From: Terriglobia bacterium
Lineage (GTDB): Bacteria > Acidobacteriota > Terriglobia > 2-12-FULL-54-10
Assembly: GCA_963666975.2 (NCBI GenBank)
Contig: CAXVYR010000003.1
Location: 128,001-192,000 of the forward strand
DNA: 64,000 nt
Reading direction: 5' to 3'
In this document: one piece after another, positions 30,760 to 41,607 of the stretch
Layout: each line of letters starts with the position of its first letter
Position numbering within the stretch: position 1 is the first letter of the stretch
The notes under the pieces: generated by a model
Told to the model about the DNA's origin: nothing
The model's database searches: none
What the model saw: the letters and a program-made list of their open reading frames with translations, nothing else
Translations under genes and position numbers: made by a program

Positions 30760-32282
30760 TTAATGGCCAGTGCTTTCCGCGATCGTAGGATCTATGGCCG
30801 TAAGCCGCGGGTTGCCGATGATTTGAGGCAGGTAACCCTGAGCAAACGCCCCACCGGTGCCCGGTTGCGGGTTGTTGATGAACGCGAACCCGTGGCACAA
30901 CTGGAATTCAGCGCGTACGATCCCATAACCCAGGAAGGTCTCGCCTAGCATCGTCGATATCACCGCGGTCGCCGTTTCGCCCGGCCCCAAAGCAGTGGCT
31001 ATTGTATACGGGTTTCCCGCAGGTTGAGTTCCGTCCGTCCTCCAGAAGTACATCGTGACATCTCCGGTCTGGCCGCTGGTGCCAATCTGCGGCGGGTCGG
31101 CCGTGGTGTTGGAAACGGTTAGGCCGGAGTCAAAGGCGCCGTCGCCCGTGTTGGGCAGCCAGGTGTAAAGCAGGAAGCAGTCGCAAACCTGCAACAAGAC
31201 GACGTCCCCAGTTTTTTGGTCGTTGGCGGCAAAGACCGGCACCTCCCCAGTGGTAGTCGAACCCCGCAGGGCAACCTTCAAAACGCCTGTCCCCTCCGTA
31301 GTTTGGAGTTTCGTGTCATCCGGCACTTCAAAGATAAAAGTTGCCGTCAGCGTTTCTTTGCTGGAAGTGACGGTCCCTGCGTCGGCGTCGTCGATTATGA
31401 CATCCACGTCCACATCCTGGGCGCCCGACGCCGATACAAAGTCAGAGGTCAAATTATCTGTCAGCGTGCCCAGCGCGGCGGTGGTGGTAGTCGCAGCGAG
31501 AAATCCTGCGAGGGTCGGACCCGCTTTAATTGCTATACCGATTGGGAGATTCGTGAAGGAGAATCGGATCTTGAAATCCTGTTCTGTGGTGACTGTGGCG
31601 GCGCCATTCAAAAGCGATTCGTCCTTCGCGCTGAGAAAGGCCGCGGCAAACTTTTCCTCCACCGTTACCGTCACCGTCAGCTGGCCACCGCTGCCTTCGG
31701 TGATATCGCAGAGCAGGTACGTTACGGTTTTGAATGTCGTATCCGTGGAGGGCGCCGCTTGCACATTGCCTACCGTTAGCGTGCCGACTGAAATCAACGT
31801 AATTGCATTGGTAGCTTGAGACGCCGCAGGAACCGACGCTCCCACGGCTACAAGGACGTCGGTTCCAGCCCCGAGAGCATTTGCGTCAACCCGGGCAGCG
31901 GTAACGCTGATCGAATCACCAGCGGCGCAAACCATACCCTCATCAGTACCCGCGGTTGTGACAATGAGGGTCAAAACGTTCCCAGAGATGCTCTTACTAG
32001 CAGCAGCAGTGATGGTGCCGTTATTCTCATCACAGCTTGTGTTGACTGTTGCCGAGCCAGCCAGGATGGCTGTCCCATAATCCAAGGTGATTTCCGAAGC
32101 CAGCACGATGGTTCCCGTACTGTTGGCAGCGAACGCTACGGCCCGACGGCTTCCGTGGTTCCTTCAGACCGTAGGGGTCGCGCGCCGCTGGCGCTGACAA
32201 AGAACTGTATTTGCGCAGAAGCGGCGCTCACTCCAACCGCAATCAGAGCAAGTGCAAAGAAAATGTTCTTAAGTTGTTTCAT
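30760..32282 (-). CDS. secreted Thr/Ala/Gly-rich S-layer-like protein (apparent 1-bp frameshift near 32142)
   Basis: Signal peptide MKQLKNIFFALALIAVGVSAASA-Q with AGGAG RBS; adding one G to GGG restores the frame; C-terminal LLYTWLPN..FDSGLTVSNTT..CHGFAFI..AQGYL; long leader and strong terminator. Confidence 0.55.
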
Positions 32283-32529
32283 CTAGGTCTCCTTCGTAGT
32301 CTTTAAAATCTTTCTGTGGAATTGTTGAGGTTGAAGCGCCGCCGTAAGGAGCGCGCCTGCTTCGTTAAACTGCAAAAAAACTTCGTGGCCGAGCCGCCCG
32401 AAGGTTGCTGCCGCCCGAATGTAGATCCGGATGGTTGCTTCTCAAGTGTCGCGCTCGCCACCACCTCCTCGGTATGAAAGTTTTCGATACCTTTTAGGAA
32501 TGCGAGGGAACGAGAGGAAATGACCCCTT

Positions 32530-32585
32530 GTGGGACAGGCATTCCTGCCTGTCTGCTCAGCACAGGCCTGGAGGCCTGTGCCCAC
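32530..32585. repeat. REP doublet
   Basis: GTGGGACAGGCATTCCTGCCTGTC...CACAGGCCTGGAGGCCTGTGCCCAC; related sequences at 30140 and 34090. Confidence 0.7.
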
Positions 32586-32619
32586 GAGAGAACACTTGTG
32601 ATTGGCGAGCGCAACATCA

Positions 32620-34068
32620 GAGGGTGTCCCATACATAGTTGAAGGTTGAACGGCGGTTCGGCCCGAATCGAATAGAATCGGGCCAAGCCTAAATCCTATA
32701 GAAGGAGAACCGCCGAATGAAGGGAAAATATCACGTTTTGGAACTGGGTTCCAAGGGAGCCGAAGAAACCATCCAGAAGTTTTGCCAAACCAACGGACAG
32801 ATGCTGTTGCCGGTGGTGGATCTGATCACGGAGGCGCGTCTGGCGGTGGATGAGGTGATTGATCGGGCCGGGCGAGGTTTGATTGAAACGATTCTGAGCA
32901 TGAGCGCAGAGCAAATCGCGGGGCCAAAGAGTCCCGGGAAGGCGAGCGGAGAGGTGCGCTGGCATGGCCGGCAATTGGGGAGGGTGAAACTGGCCGATCG
33001 CCAGCTGCGGGTGGAGCGGCCCCGGCTGCGCCGGAAGGGCGGAGGGGAAGAAGCGGTGCCGGCCTACGAAGCACTGCGGAAAAGCGAGAAGACGGGCGAG
33101 GAGATGTTCGAGGCACTGTTGAAAGGGGTTTCGACGCGGAACTACCGCGAGGTGATCCCGGAGATGGCCAACAGCGCTGGGGTGTCGAAGTCTCAGGTGA
33201 GCCGGGAAGCGGCCGAGCAAGGAGCGCGGCGGCTGGAAGAACTGTTGGCGCGGCGCTGGGAGGAGGTCGAGATTCTGGTGATTTACCTGGACGGAATGCG
33301 GTTCGGCTCCCACCACGTCATCAGCGCCGTGGGCGTGGACATCGAGGGCCGCAAGCATGTGCTGGGGATTCAACTGGGCGCGACCGAAAACGCCGCTGCG
33401 GTGAAAGACCTTCTCACCCGCCTGCGCCAGCAAGGTTTGCGCACGGATCAGCGCTATCTGTTTGTGATCGACGGCGCCAAAGCGCTCCGCGCGGGGATCG
33501 AGGAAGTATTCGGCAGCAATCAGCTGGTGCAGCGTTGCCGTACTCATAAGCTGCGCAACGTGGCTGAGCGGTTACCAAAGGGCGACAAAATGCTGGCGAA
33601 TCAGGTGCGGTCGCTGATGCGCGCCGCCTGGCGATTGCCCCAAGCCGAGGAAGGCATCGTGCGCATAAAAAAGCTCGCTGGGATGATCGAGTGCGATCAT
33701 CCGGCAGCAGCCGCCAGCTTGCGCGAAGGGTTGGAGGAGACCTTTACGATCAATCGAGCCGACGTTCCTCCCAGCCTCCACCGCTGCCTGGCAACCACGA
33801 ACCTCATCGAGAGCCCGCAGTCGGGCGTGCGGAAAAAGACTGGCAATGTTTGCCGCTGGCGCGACGGCGAGATGACGTTGCGCTGGGTGGCAGGAGCGTT
33901 TCTGCTGACCGAGAAGAATTTCCGGAAGATCATGGGTTATCACGATCTCTGGGCTTTGGCATCGATTCTCGGCCGAAGTCCAAACGCTGCTTCCTCTCAC
34001 AAGGAGAAAGTGGCGTAATATGAACTCAACCCGCCGTCCCAACCTGCAACTGAGTTTGGGACACCTTC
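32620..34068 (+). mobile_element. IS256-family insertion sequence, copy 2 (1,449 bp)
   Basis: Same ends and length as copy 1; 8-bp TSD CAACATCA at 32612-32619 and 34069-34076. Confidence 0.95.
32717..34018 (+). CDS. IS256-family transposase
   Basis: Protein identical to 1836-3137. Confidence 0.95.
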   Translation: MKGKYHVLELGSKGAEETIQKFCQTNGQMLLPVVDLITEARLAVDEVIDRAGRGLIETILSMSAEQIAGPKSPGKASGEVRWHGRQLGRVKLADRQLRVERPRLRRKGGGEEAVPAYEALRKSEKTGEEMFEALLKGVSTRNYREVIPEMANSAGVSKSQVSREAAEQGARRLEELLARRWEEVEILVIYLDGMRFGSHHVISAVGVDIEGRKHVLGIQLGATENAAAVKDLLTRLRQQGLRTDQRYLFVIDGAKALRAGIEEVFGSNQLVQRCRTHKLRNVAERLPKGDKMLANQVRSLMRAAWRLPQAEEGIVRIKKLAGMIECDHPAAAASLREGLEETFTINRADVPPSLHRCLATTNLIESPQSGVRKKTGNVCRWRDGEMTLRWVAGAFLLTEKNFRKIMGYHDLWALASILGRSPNAASSHKEKVA

Positions 34069-34172
34069 CAACATCAATTCTGTTCTGCTGGACAGGCAAA
34101 AATGCTTGTCACTACCTTATCTGCTTCCATCACCTGTGTTGCAACAAACTCCAGGGTCAATTTAACACTTTA

Positions 34173-34213
34173 ACCGCGAGGTGATCCCGGAGATGGCCAA
34201 CAGCGCTGGGGTG
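34173..34213 (+). mobile_element. 41-bp internal IS256 fragment
   Basis: Identical to 2263-2303. Confidence 0.85.
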
Positions 34214-34471
34214 CTCTTTGCTCTATGCGGATCTACCGGGAACAGTAGGGAAAATAACACTTTAAGTTTCGCCAAGTCAACCTTTTTCACTTCCAGCTCA
34301 AGCCTTCCCCGTAATCACTGCGGTTCAAACAGTCGGACAGACAATTGGGGTCCATAACCGTTCTTAATATTAATCGGCCCAAAATTGGAATGCAAGAGTT
34401 TTTTGAAGTTTTTTTTGTGCTTGTTTAGGACCTGCCTTCCTGCCGTTGGCTCGGGCTGGGGGAGCGGTTCT

Positions 34472-34635
34472 CTAGGGCACTTCCACAGTTATTGTCTAGT
34501 CAGAGCCGCGCGCGCCAGCAAGCGGACCCCGAACGCCAAGCAGACAACAAAAGCTGAGTTGACCGCTCCCTCACGGTCGCGGCTCGGATGGATTCATCTG
34601 CAACGCCCTAAACAGAAAACACGAAAGTGCCCTAA
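34472..34635. mobile_element. CTAG-ended MITE with the same REP core as 12782/30439 but different TIRs
   Basis: Ends CTAGGGCACTT...AAGTGCCCTAA; core GAGCCGCGCGCGCCAGCAAGCGG / CCGCTCCCTCACGGTCGCGGCTC. Confidence 0.65.
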
Positions 34636-34947
34636 GGATGCGGCTTGAATTGCCTGTCCCACTATCACTTTAAGTTGCAGATTACAAAGAGAAAAGCTGT
34701 GGATTGTTGAACAGAGGGAGTGTTTGTCTTAATAGGTGGGCAAAGAGGGACCAGCGGTTTTCCCGCATCCATATACATACTATTGTTCAGAGGGTATGGG
34801 GTGGGCTCGACCCGGGGGGCTTGGAAAGGGCTGTTTTCCCCAACGTCATACAGCGTGAGAGTGAAAGTTGATGCCTTAGGACAGGCTCAAACCAAAGCCT
34901 CGTACCTGAAAAGATACGGCTTGAGATTCCCTGGCTTGCTGGACGAC

Positions 34948-35030
34948 CGGGTAGCGGTTCGGCAGATCGTGCCAGGGTGCCCCGTGCGTAAGATCCAAGA
35001 ACACTCCGTTCCACAACTGCCGGCGTCGCG
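34948..35030 (-). pseudogene. decayed IS5-family transposase N-terminal remnant
   Basis: Reading across about three frameshifts gives RD..[21 protein letters not shown], the IS5/DUF4096 signature. Confidence 0.65.
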
Positions 35031-35233
35031 CTTGCATTTTCAAGTGCGCCAAAATACAGGTTCATCACACGGAAATATTAAGGTTGCCGCCATCGATCCC
35101 GAGGCATCTGACTCCCGATCTGGAGGCAGGCATGTGGCTAAACTAACATCCGAGTTGATATAATTTTGGTGGGAGCAGGTCAAAATGCCGCTGACAGAAC
35201 AGACACCTGTGGGCCGCGAGCTCAATTGGGAAT

Positions 35234-35308
35234 TGTCCCATACATAGTTGAAGGTTGAACGGCGGTTCGGCCCGAATCGAATAGAATCGGGCCAAGCCTA
35301 AATCCTAT
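35234..35308 (+). mobile_element. IS256 left-end fragment (75 bp)
   Basis: Identical to 1744-1818; lacks the terminal GAGGG. Confidence 0.88.
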
Positions 35309-35388
35309 CGAAGCTTCAGAGGGCCCCAGGCAACCAGGATGTCTGGCTCCATGGCTACAATGATTTCGGGCCGCACTAGGGGTGGTGG

Positions 35389-37580
35389 ATGAGCGCAGCA
35401 CGCAAGGGGAGGCGGGCCAATCGAACCGCGGACCAGTCCAAGCACCGCTCCGTCCGAGGCCCGTCTTCGGTCTCCACTCCGAGCCCGCCATCCGGCTCTC
35501 AACTTCCCATCGCAAAGTCGGCCTTCTCCGGGCGGGCTCTGTGGGTCGCCCTGGCCCTGATTGCGGTCACCGTGGTCGTGTATGCCCCAGTGTGGCATCA
35601 CGACTTCGTAAATTATGACGATCCCGAATACCTTAGCGAGAACCCACAAGTCTCCGCTGGACTGACGTGGCACGGTGTGTCGTGGGCATTTACGACCGGA
35701 CACTTCTCCAACTGGCATCCTCTGACTTGGCTGTCCCACATGCTCGACGTTCAGGTCTACGGCTTGAACGCCGGCGGCATCCTCTGCACCATCTCACCAA
35801 CATGCTCCTTCACATCGTCACGACCCTCTTGCTGTTCGGGCTGCTGCATCGGATGACGGGGGCGCTGGGACGGAGTGCGTTCGTGGCCGGGTTGTTTGCC
35901 GTCCATCCCCTCCACGTGGAGTCGGTGGCCTGGGTGGCGGAGCGCAAGGACGTCTTGAGCACGTTGTTCTGGATGCTTACCCTCTGGGGATACGTGTGGT
36001 ACGTGCGGCAGCCTCGGCTGGGTCGATATCTAGTGGTGCTCGTGCCCTTTGCGTTGGGATTGATCACGAAGCCGATGCTGGTAACGCTTCCCTTTGTGCT
36101 CCTGCTGCTGGACTTTTGGCCCTTGGGCCGTGTGTCGCTCGGAGCCGATCCCCCGGACCATTCGAGATTGGCGCCTCCCAGGGATCAATGGTTCGCCGGG
36201 CTCCGGCTGGTGTGGGAAAAACTTCCCCTGTTTGCCCTTACCGTCGCGTCGAGCATCGTGACCTTTGTGGTCCAACAGCGAGGGGGAGCTGTAGCCGGAC
36301 TAGATGAGATTCCGTTGAGCCTTCGCGTGGCAAACGCGCTGGTGTCGTACATCGCCTACATCGGCAAGATGCTGTGGCCCACGCGGCTGGCGGCGTTCTA
36401 TCCCTATTTCCAGCCGCTACCATGGTGGGTGGTCGGAAGCATCCTGGGTCTGATCGGTGTTTCCGTCGTTGTGATTCGGGCGGCCCGGCGCCACCCCTAT
36501 CTTCCCGTGGGATGGCTGTGGTATGTGGGGACACTGGTGCCGGTCATCGGGCTGGTTCAAGTGGGAAGCCACTCAATGGCGGATCGCTACACCTATGTCC
36601 CGCTCATTGGGTTGTTCATCATGGTGGCGTGGGGGATTCCCGACCTCCTCGCCCGCTGGCCGTATCGGAGCATTGCGCTTCCCACCGCGGCGGGGCTGGT
36701 GATTTTGGCGTGCACGATCACCGCATGGGGCCAGGTCCAGTATTGGAAAAGTAGTGTCGCGCTCTGGGCACACGCGCTGGAAGTAACCGCAGAAAACTAT
36801 ATCGCCCACAACAACCTGGGGTTGGTTCTGGCGAACCAAGGGAGATTCGACGAAGCCATCGCGCATCACACCGAGGCCCTGCGCAGCAAGCCCGATTTCG
36901 CCGAGGCGCACTACAACCTGGGGGGAGCTCTGAAAGACCAAGGGAGAGTCGACGAGGCCATCGCGCACTACACCGAGGCCCTGCGCAGCAAGCCCGATTT
37001 CGCCGAGGCGCACAACAACTTGGGGGTTGCGCTGGCAGACCAAAGCAGGGTCGGCGAGGCCATCGCGCACTATACCGAGGCCCTGCGCAGCAAGCCCGAC
37101 TATGCCGAAGCGCACTACAACCTGGGGGGAGTGCTGGCAGACCAAGGCAGGGCTGGCGAGGCCATCGCGCACTACACCGAGGCTCTGCGCAACAAGCCCG
37201 ACTATGCGGCGGCGCACAACAACCTGGGCCTTATCTCGGCGGCCCAAGGGAGATTCGACGAAGCGATCCCCTACTATTTCGAGGCTCTGCGCATCCAGCC
37301 CAGCTTCGCGGCGGCGCACAACAACCTGGGCCTTGTCTTGGCAGCACAAGGGAGATTCGACGAGGCGATCCGCCACTACACCGAGGCTCTGCGCCTCCAG
37401 CCCGGCTCCGCGGCGGCGCACAACAATCTGGGGATTGTCCTGGCGAATCAAGGAAAGATCGAGGAGGCTGCTCGTCATTTCGAAATCGCATTGACGCTCA
37501 ACCCGAGCAATCAAGGGGCTCGGCGTGCATTGGACGATCTGACGAGCCGAGGCAAGAGCTCCGGGCCTGGCACTCAATGA
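35389..37580 (+). CDS. TMTC-like polytopic membrane glycosyltransferase (GT-C type) with C-terminal TPRs (apparent 1-bp frameshift near 35778)
   Basis: FVNYDD..Y, WHPLT, LFAVHPLHVESVAWVAERKD, ADRYTY, about 7 TPRs encoded by 102-bp units. Confidence 0.8.
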
Positions 37581-37728
37581 GCGTACGAGCAGGCAGGGCT
37601 CACGAGCGTGGTGCCGCGCGTTCTATTTTATAGTTCTTGCATACTACAGCCAGCTAGCTGGCCGACCGGGTCCCGCAGTGAGGAAAAAATTTTTCTCGAG
37701 TGTTCCTGTTTTACTCCTGGTTTTGGTC

Positions 37729-40092
37729 CTATGAGGCAGAAGGCTGCGGCTGGCCGCTATTTTCTTCCCGCTGTTCTTTTTCCATTTCTTCTTCCTTGTC
37801 CTTCTCCTCTTGCATAATCCTCTGCAACTCTTTCAGCTTATCTCGCAGCTCCGTTGTGGCGCGTTGCGCCTCCAAAGAGTTGCGGATGACGGTCGGCGTC
37901 AGCAGGATAATCAACTCAGTCTTCTGGCTGGAGAGGGAGGTGTTTCCGAACAGCAGCCCCAGGTAAGGAATGCGCCCTAACAGGGGAATGCGGTTTGTGG
38001 ACAGGGCGCGGGTTTCCTGGATGATTCCGCCGAGAGCGATGGTCTCGCCGTCTTCGACCACCACCTGCGTGGAAATGGACCGCTTCTGAATGCTGGGCGA
38101 CTGGATGCCACCCGCGAAGGGAGCCAGCGGCGCGCTGACTTCCTGCTGGATTTGCAGGTTCACCAGGCCGGAGGAGTTGATCCGAGGGGTGATGTTGAGC
38201 AGCACTCCGGTGTCGCGATTTTGGATGGTATTGGTAAACAGGCTCGTGCCCCCTACCTGGCCTCCTCCCACTAGAGCCTGCGAAGTGAGGATGGGGATTT
38301 CGGTGCCTACACTGATGCTCGCCGCAACGTTGTCAATGACGAGAAGTGATGGAGCGGAGATCACCCGCGCCTGGCTGCGGACCTCGGCGGCATTGAGAAA
38401 CAGCAGCAGTTCCCGCGTTTTGCCGATCAGCGTTCCCACGGAAACATCCAGCGCCGTCGCAAAGCTGGCAAGCGGCTTCCGCTCGGCATCCGTGCGGTTT
38501 TGCAAGAATGCGCTGACTCCAGCCGACAAGGCCCCGCTGAGGTCCACCTCATACACTTTGGCTTCGATCATCACCTGCCGGGGAATGATGTCCAAATCCC
38601 GGAGGGTCTGCCGGATCTGCTCGTACTCCTGGGCCGTCGCCTGGATTACCAATTGATTGTTCACCGGGTCCGGAACAATGCGGATGTGAGAAAGCGCTGC
38701 AGAGTCTTCCGCTGCAAAGCCCATGCCCGGGAAATTCCCTCCAGGGATGGTCAATTGCGGTTGCATCGCCCCTCCCTGGAAAAGGGATGCTGTTCCGGGA
38801 ACTGCTCCTGTGCCGGCGAGCCCAACCTGGGGGTAAGGAATGCTTCCATGCAGTTGGGACAAAATACTTGCCAGGTCTTCGGCCTTGCCATTCTCAACCT
38901 TATATATAAAGTTTCTGATCCCCGCCTCCTGAAAAGGAAAAGGCTGGTCCAGTCGCTCCATCCATTTTTGCACTTCGGGATACAGTCCAGGATTTCCTGT
39001 CACCGCCAGGATGGAGTTGATTCGTTCGATAGGAACGAAGCGGATGGGTGAGGCTGCCTCCGAGAGCGCGTAGGCGGAGAAAACTTCGTCCAACTCTTCT
39101 GCCAGCCTTCCCGCTTCGCTGTTCGTTACGGGGTAGAGCCTGGCCCGCTGGCCTGTGAAAACCTCGGTGTCAAACATGCCGACCAGTTCCAGCACTCTTC
39201 TCATGCTGCGGCTGCTGTCGGTGATCATCAGGATGTTGCCTTGCTCCTGGCTGAACAGATGTCCTCCTTCCGAGAGGAAAGGCGTCAGAATCCGCGTCAT
39301 ATCCGCCGCCGAGACGTACTGCAGCGGGACGATGTTCATGACCATCCGGTCATCCACCGGCAGGCCGGCTGCGGCCGGGTCGACCAGAGGCGCCAGCGGC
39401 AGCCTCTGCACGTCCTGCAAAGGAACGATCCGGAAAAAATTTCCGGTTTCGATGGCGGTGGCGCCGTTGATCCGCAGGATCATCTGCAGCAGAGGGAACA
39501 GGTCCTCGCGTTGCAACTGGCCGAGGGTATTGATGTTCACCGTGCCTTGCACCTGCGGGTCCACCACATAGTTCATTTGGAGTTCCGCGGCGATAATGCC
39601 GATTACCTGCAGGAGTTCGGCGTTTTCCAGATGCAGGGCGATGGGAACTGCTGGCGAGGCTTGCGGCGCCTGGGGCGCAGGCGTTGGGGCGGGAGGCGTT
39701 TCCTGCTGCTCTGACAAGGCAGCGGGCTGTTGCGCAGCCTCCACAGGGGCGGCAGGAGGAGCAGGGACGGCAACCGGCGGGACGTTCTCCTCTGAAGCAG
39801 GCTGTGGTTCGGAAGACTGCTCTTGCCGCTGTGGTAGCGAGCTTCGGGGAATACGGTATCGTTGGATCCCAAATGGTGTCTGTTTTTCGACCTCGACAAA
39901 TTCTTCCTCTGGCTGGGGTGAAGCGTTTTCCCTGGTCTCCTGTTCAGCGGCTTCCCCTTCTTGCTGCCAGGCGGCGAGGCCGGCTGGCGAGAGCAGATAG
40001 AAAATGACGATCCCGGTCGTCCATATGCTGGACCATGTTCTGATCCACTTTCTGATTCGCGTTTTGATCCATTTGCCTTTCAACGGTTCCAC
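37729..40092 (-). CDS. gspD: type II secretion secretin
   Basis: QVMIEAKVYEV, GVLLNITPRIN, IPLLGRIPYLG.LFG, KTELIILLTP. Confidence 0.93.
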   Translation of the reverse strand: MEPLKGKWIKTRIRKWIRTWSSIWTTGIVIFYLLSPAGLAAWQQEGEAAEQETRENASPQPEEEFVEVEKQTPFGIQRYRIPRSSLPQRQEQSSEPQPASEENVPPVAVPAPPAAPVEAAQQPAALSEQQETPPAPTPAPQAPQASPAVPIALHLENAELLQVIGIIAAELQMNYVVDPQVQGTVNINTLGQLQREDLFPLLQMILRINGATAIETGNFFRIVPLQDVQRLPLAPLVDPAAAGLPVDDRMVMNIVPLQYVSAADMTRILTPFLSEGGHLFSQEQGNILMITDSSRSMRRVLELVGMFDTEVFTGQRARLYPVTNSEAGRLAEELDEVFSAYALSEAASPIRFVPIERINSILAVTGNPGLYPEVQKWMERLDQPFPFQEAGIRNFIYKVENGKAEDLASILSQLHGSIPYPQVGLAGTGAVPGTASLFQGGAMQPQLTIPGGNFPGMGFAAEDSAALSHIRIVPDPVNNQLVIQATAQEYEQIRQTLRDLDIIPRQVMIEAKVYEVDLSGALSAGVSAFLQNRTDAERKPLASFATALDVSVGTLIGKTRELLLFLNAAEVRSQARVISAPSLLVIDNVAASISVGTEIPILTSQALVGGGQVGGTSLFTNTIQNRDTGVLLNITPRINSSGLVNLQIQQEVSAPLAPFAGGIQSPSIQKRSISTQVVVEDGETIALGGIIQETRALSTNRIPLLGRIPYLGLLFGNTSLSSQKTELIILLTPTVIRNSLEAQRATTELRDKLKELQRIMQEEKDKEEEMEKEQREENSGQPQPSAS

Positions 40093-40201
40093 CCCCTGTC
40101 ATTGCATGCTGTATGGCGCGGAGTCATCAGGCCGTCCTGCTGATTGCTCCCGGCCGTATTTGAATATCGCGGTGCATTGTTTCGTATGCAGTATTCATTG
40201 T

Positions 40202-40927
40202 TTATTGTTCGATGTTCTCGTACCACACCTGCGGGCCAAACGGAGTCTGGCGCTCCAGCCTCCTGCGGTTTCCCTCTATGGTGACCCGAACCCCGGGGTC
40301 GGAACTTTGCTGGGCAGGTGTTGCGCGAGAAGCAGGCCGCTGCGCCGTGCTCCGCTGCCTGGAGGGCGCAGGCCTCGCTCCGCTTCCTGCCGTCTCCACT
40401 ACCGGAGCGGCAGGCTCGGCGCTGCGCGCCTTCTGCCGGGCAACGCTGTTGGCAGACTGATATACGTCCAGTGTCGTCCTTTGTCCCTGCAGCTCAATCA
40501 CTACCTTTTCGTCTTGAATCTCTACCACCGTGTATGCTCCCAAGCGCTGGCCCGTTTTCACGCGCTGGAACTTGCGGGTTGCCGCCTCGCTTCTTTCCGC
40601 CATCAGGGCTTCATAGGTTTCGCCCAGATGGATGGTCCCAAAGACCACGGGAACCTGGAGCGATGCCGGCTGCGCGGTTTCCTCCGCTTGGATCAGCATG
40701 CTGTTTCTGTCAGCGCTGAACAGGTTCTTCTCAACAATCACCCGGGTGGCTGGAACAGGGCGCGCTCCGCTGACCGGCGGCAAATACGCCGGAGCATCCT
40801 CCGTTTGCCGTTCCAGAGCCGCATAACGCAGATTCGCGCTTCTCCATTCTCCCGCCAGCCGGAAGATCAGCAGGGCGGCGGCGATGGACAGTACAACGTT
40901 GACGAGCAATAGTTGCCGGCGATTCAC
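40202..40927 (-). CDS. GspC-like T2SS accessory protein
   Basis: N-terminal TM segment, KNLFS, HR-like GQRLGAYTVVEI; position before gspD. Confidence 0.55.
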   Translation of the reverse strand: MNRRQLLLVNVVLSIAAALLIFRLAGEWRSANLRYAALERQTEDAPAYLPPVSGARPVPATRVIVEKNLFSADRNSMLIQAEETAQPASLQVPVVFGTIHLGETYEALMAERSEAATRKFQRVKTGQRLGAYTVVEIQDEKVVIELQGQRTTLDVYQSANSVARQKARSAEPAAPVVETAGSGARPAPSRQRSTAQRPASRATPAQQSSDPGVRVTIEGNRRRLERQTPFGPQVWYENIEQ

Positions 40928-40988
40928 GAAAACCTCCTCAGCGTGCAGAGCCCTCAGCTCTCAACTCTCATCTGTCATTTGCCATCTG

Positions 40989-41564
40989 TCATTCCGGCCT
41001 CTGTTCGTCAGTGGCAGCAGGCCGCATGATTCCGGCGACGTTCATATTGACGCTAATCAGTTTTTTCCTGGCGTTAGCCGTCTGCAGCGCTAAACTGGAA
41101 ATAGCCAGACGCTTCGGACCTCGTACGATCTCTTCCAAAAATCTCGCCAATTGGTCCAGGCTGCAGTGGAACTGTAATCCGAGAGGCACTTGCAAATAGT
41201 CGTCGCCGAGCGGTCTCGCCAGAAGGAAGGCGCTCGAACGAATTTCAATCGATTGCGCCGCCATAAGCTGCTTCACCAATTCCTGCATCTCCGCAGAGGC
41301 GAGCGCGGCTGTCTCGCTCGCAAGCAGGCCCGCTTCCGCTTCCCGCAGCTGCGCTTCGAGCGAGGAGATTTCCGCCCTCCGGACCTCTGCCTCCTGAATC
41401 ACTTCTCTGTACTTTTCCAACGTTTTTTGCCGGTCCGGCAGATTTGCACTGGCTTCTTGCAAAAGGTCCCAGGCCGGGAATATTCCGAACCGGAATAACA
41501 CAAACAAAGCCAGGGCCGCTCCCACCGCCCACAATGCCCTTTTGTCTCTTTGGTTGATCTCCAT
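40989..41564 (-). CDS. gspM: T2SS protein M
   Basis: NQRDKR, TM helix, coiled coil, ferredoxin-like tail; operon position. Confidence 0.75.
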   Translation of the reverse strand: MEINQRDKRALWAVGAALALFVLFRFGIFPAWDLLQEASANLPDRQKTLEKYREVIQEAEVRRAEISSLEAQLREAEAGLLASETAALASAEMQELVKQLMAAQSIEIRSSAFLLARPLGDDYLQVPLGLQFHCSLDQLARFLEEIVRGPKRLAISSLALQTANARKKLISVNMNVAGIMRPAATDEQRPE

Positions 41565-41607
41565 AATTGTTCCCAAAATGTTCCTGGTCGCTCTCTTCTC
41601 GCTCTTT

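Noticed and set aside
32283-32520. Known riboswitch in the leader of the S-layer-like gene
   Set aside because: The leader looks structured but I could not match c-di-GMP, SAM, TPP or cobalamin consensus motifs; an Rfam scan is needed.
34720-35225. ORFs 34720-35163, 34787-35068 and 35040-35225 as real genes
   Set aside because: No RBS or domain signal, and they overlap an IS5 remnant in a decayed region.
40953-40994. Short heptamer-like intergenic repeats (also near 8036, 9544, 15980, 56024)
   Set aside because: Low-copy degenerate simple repeats with no evidence of function.
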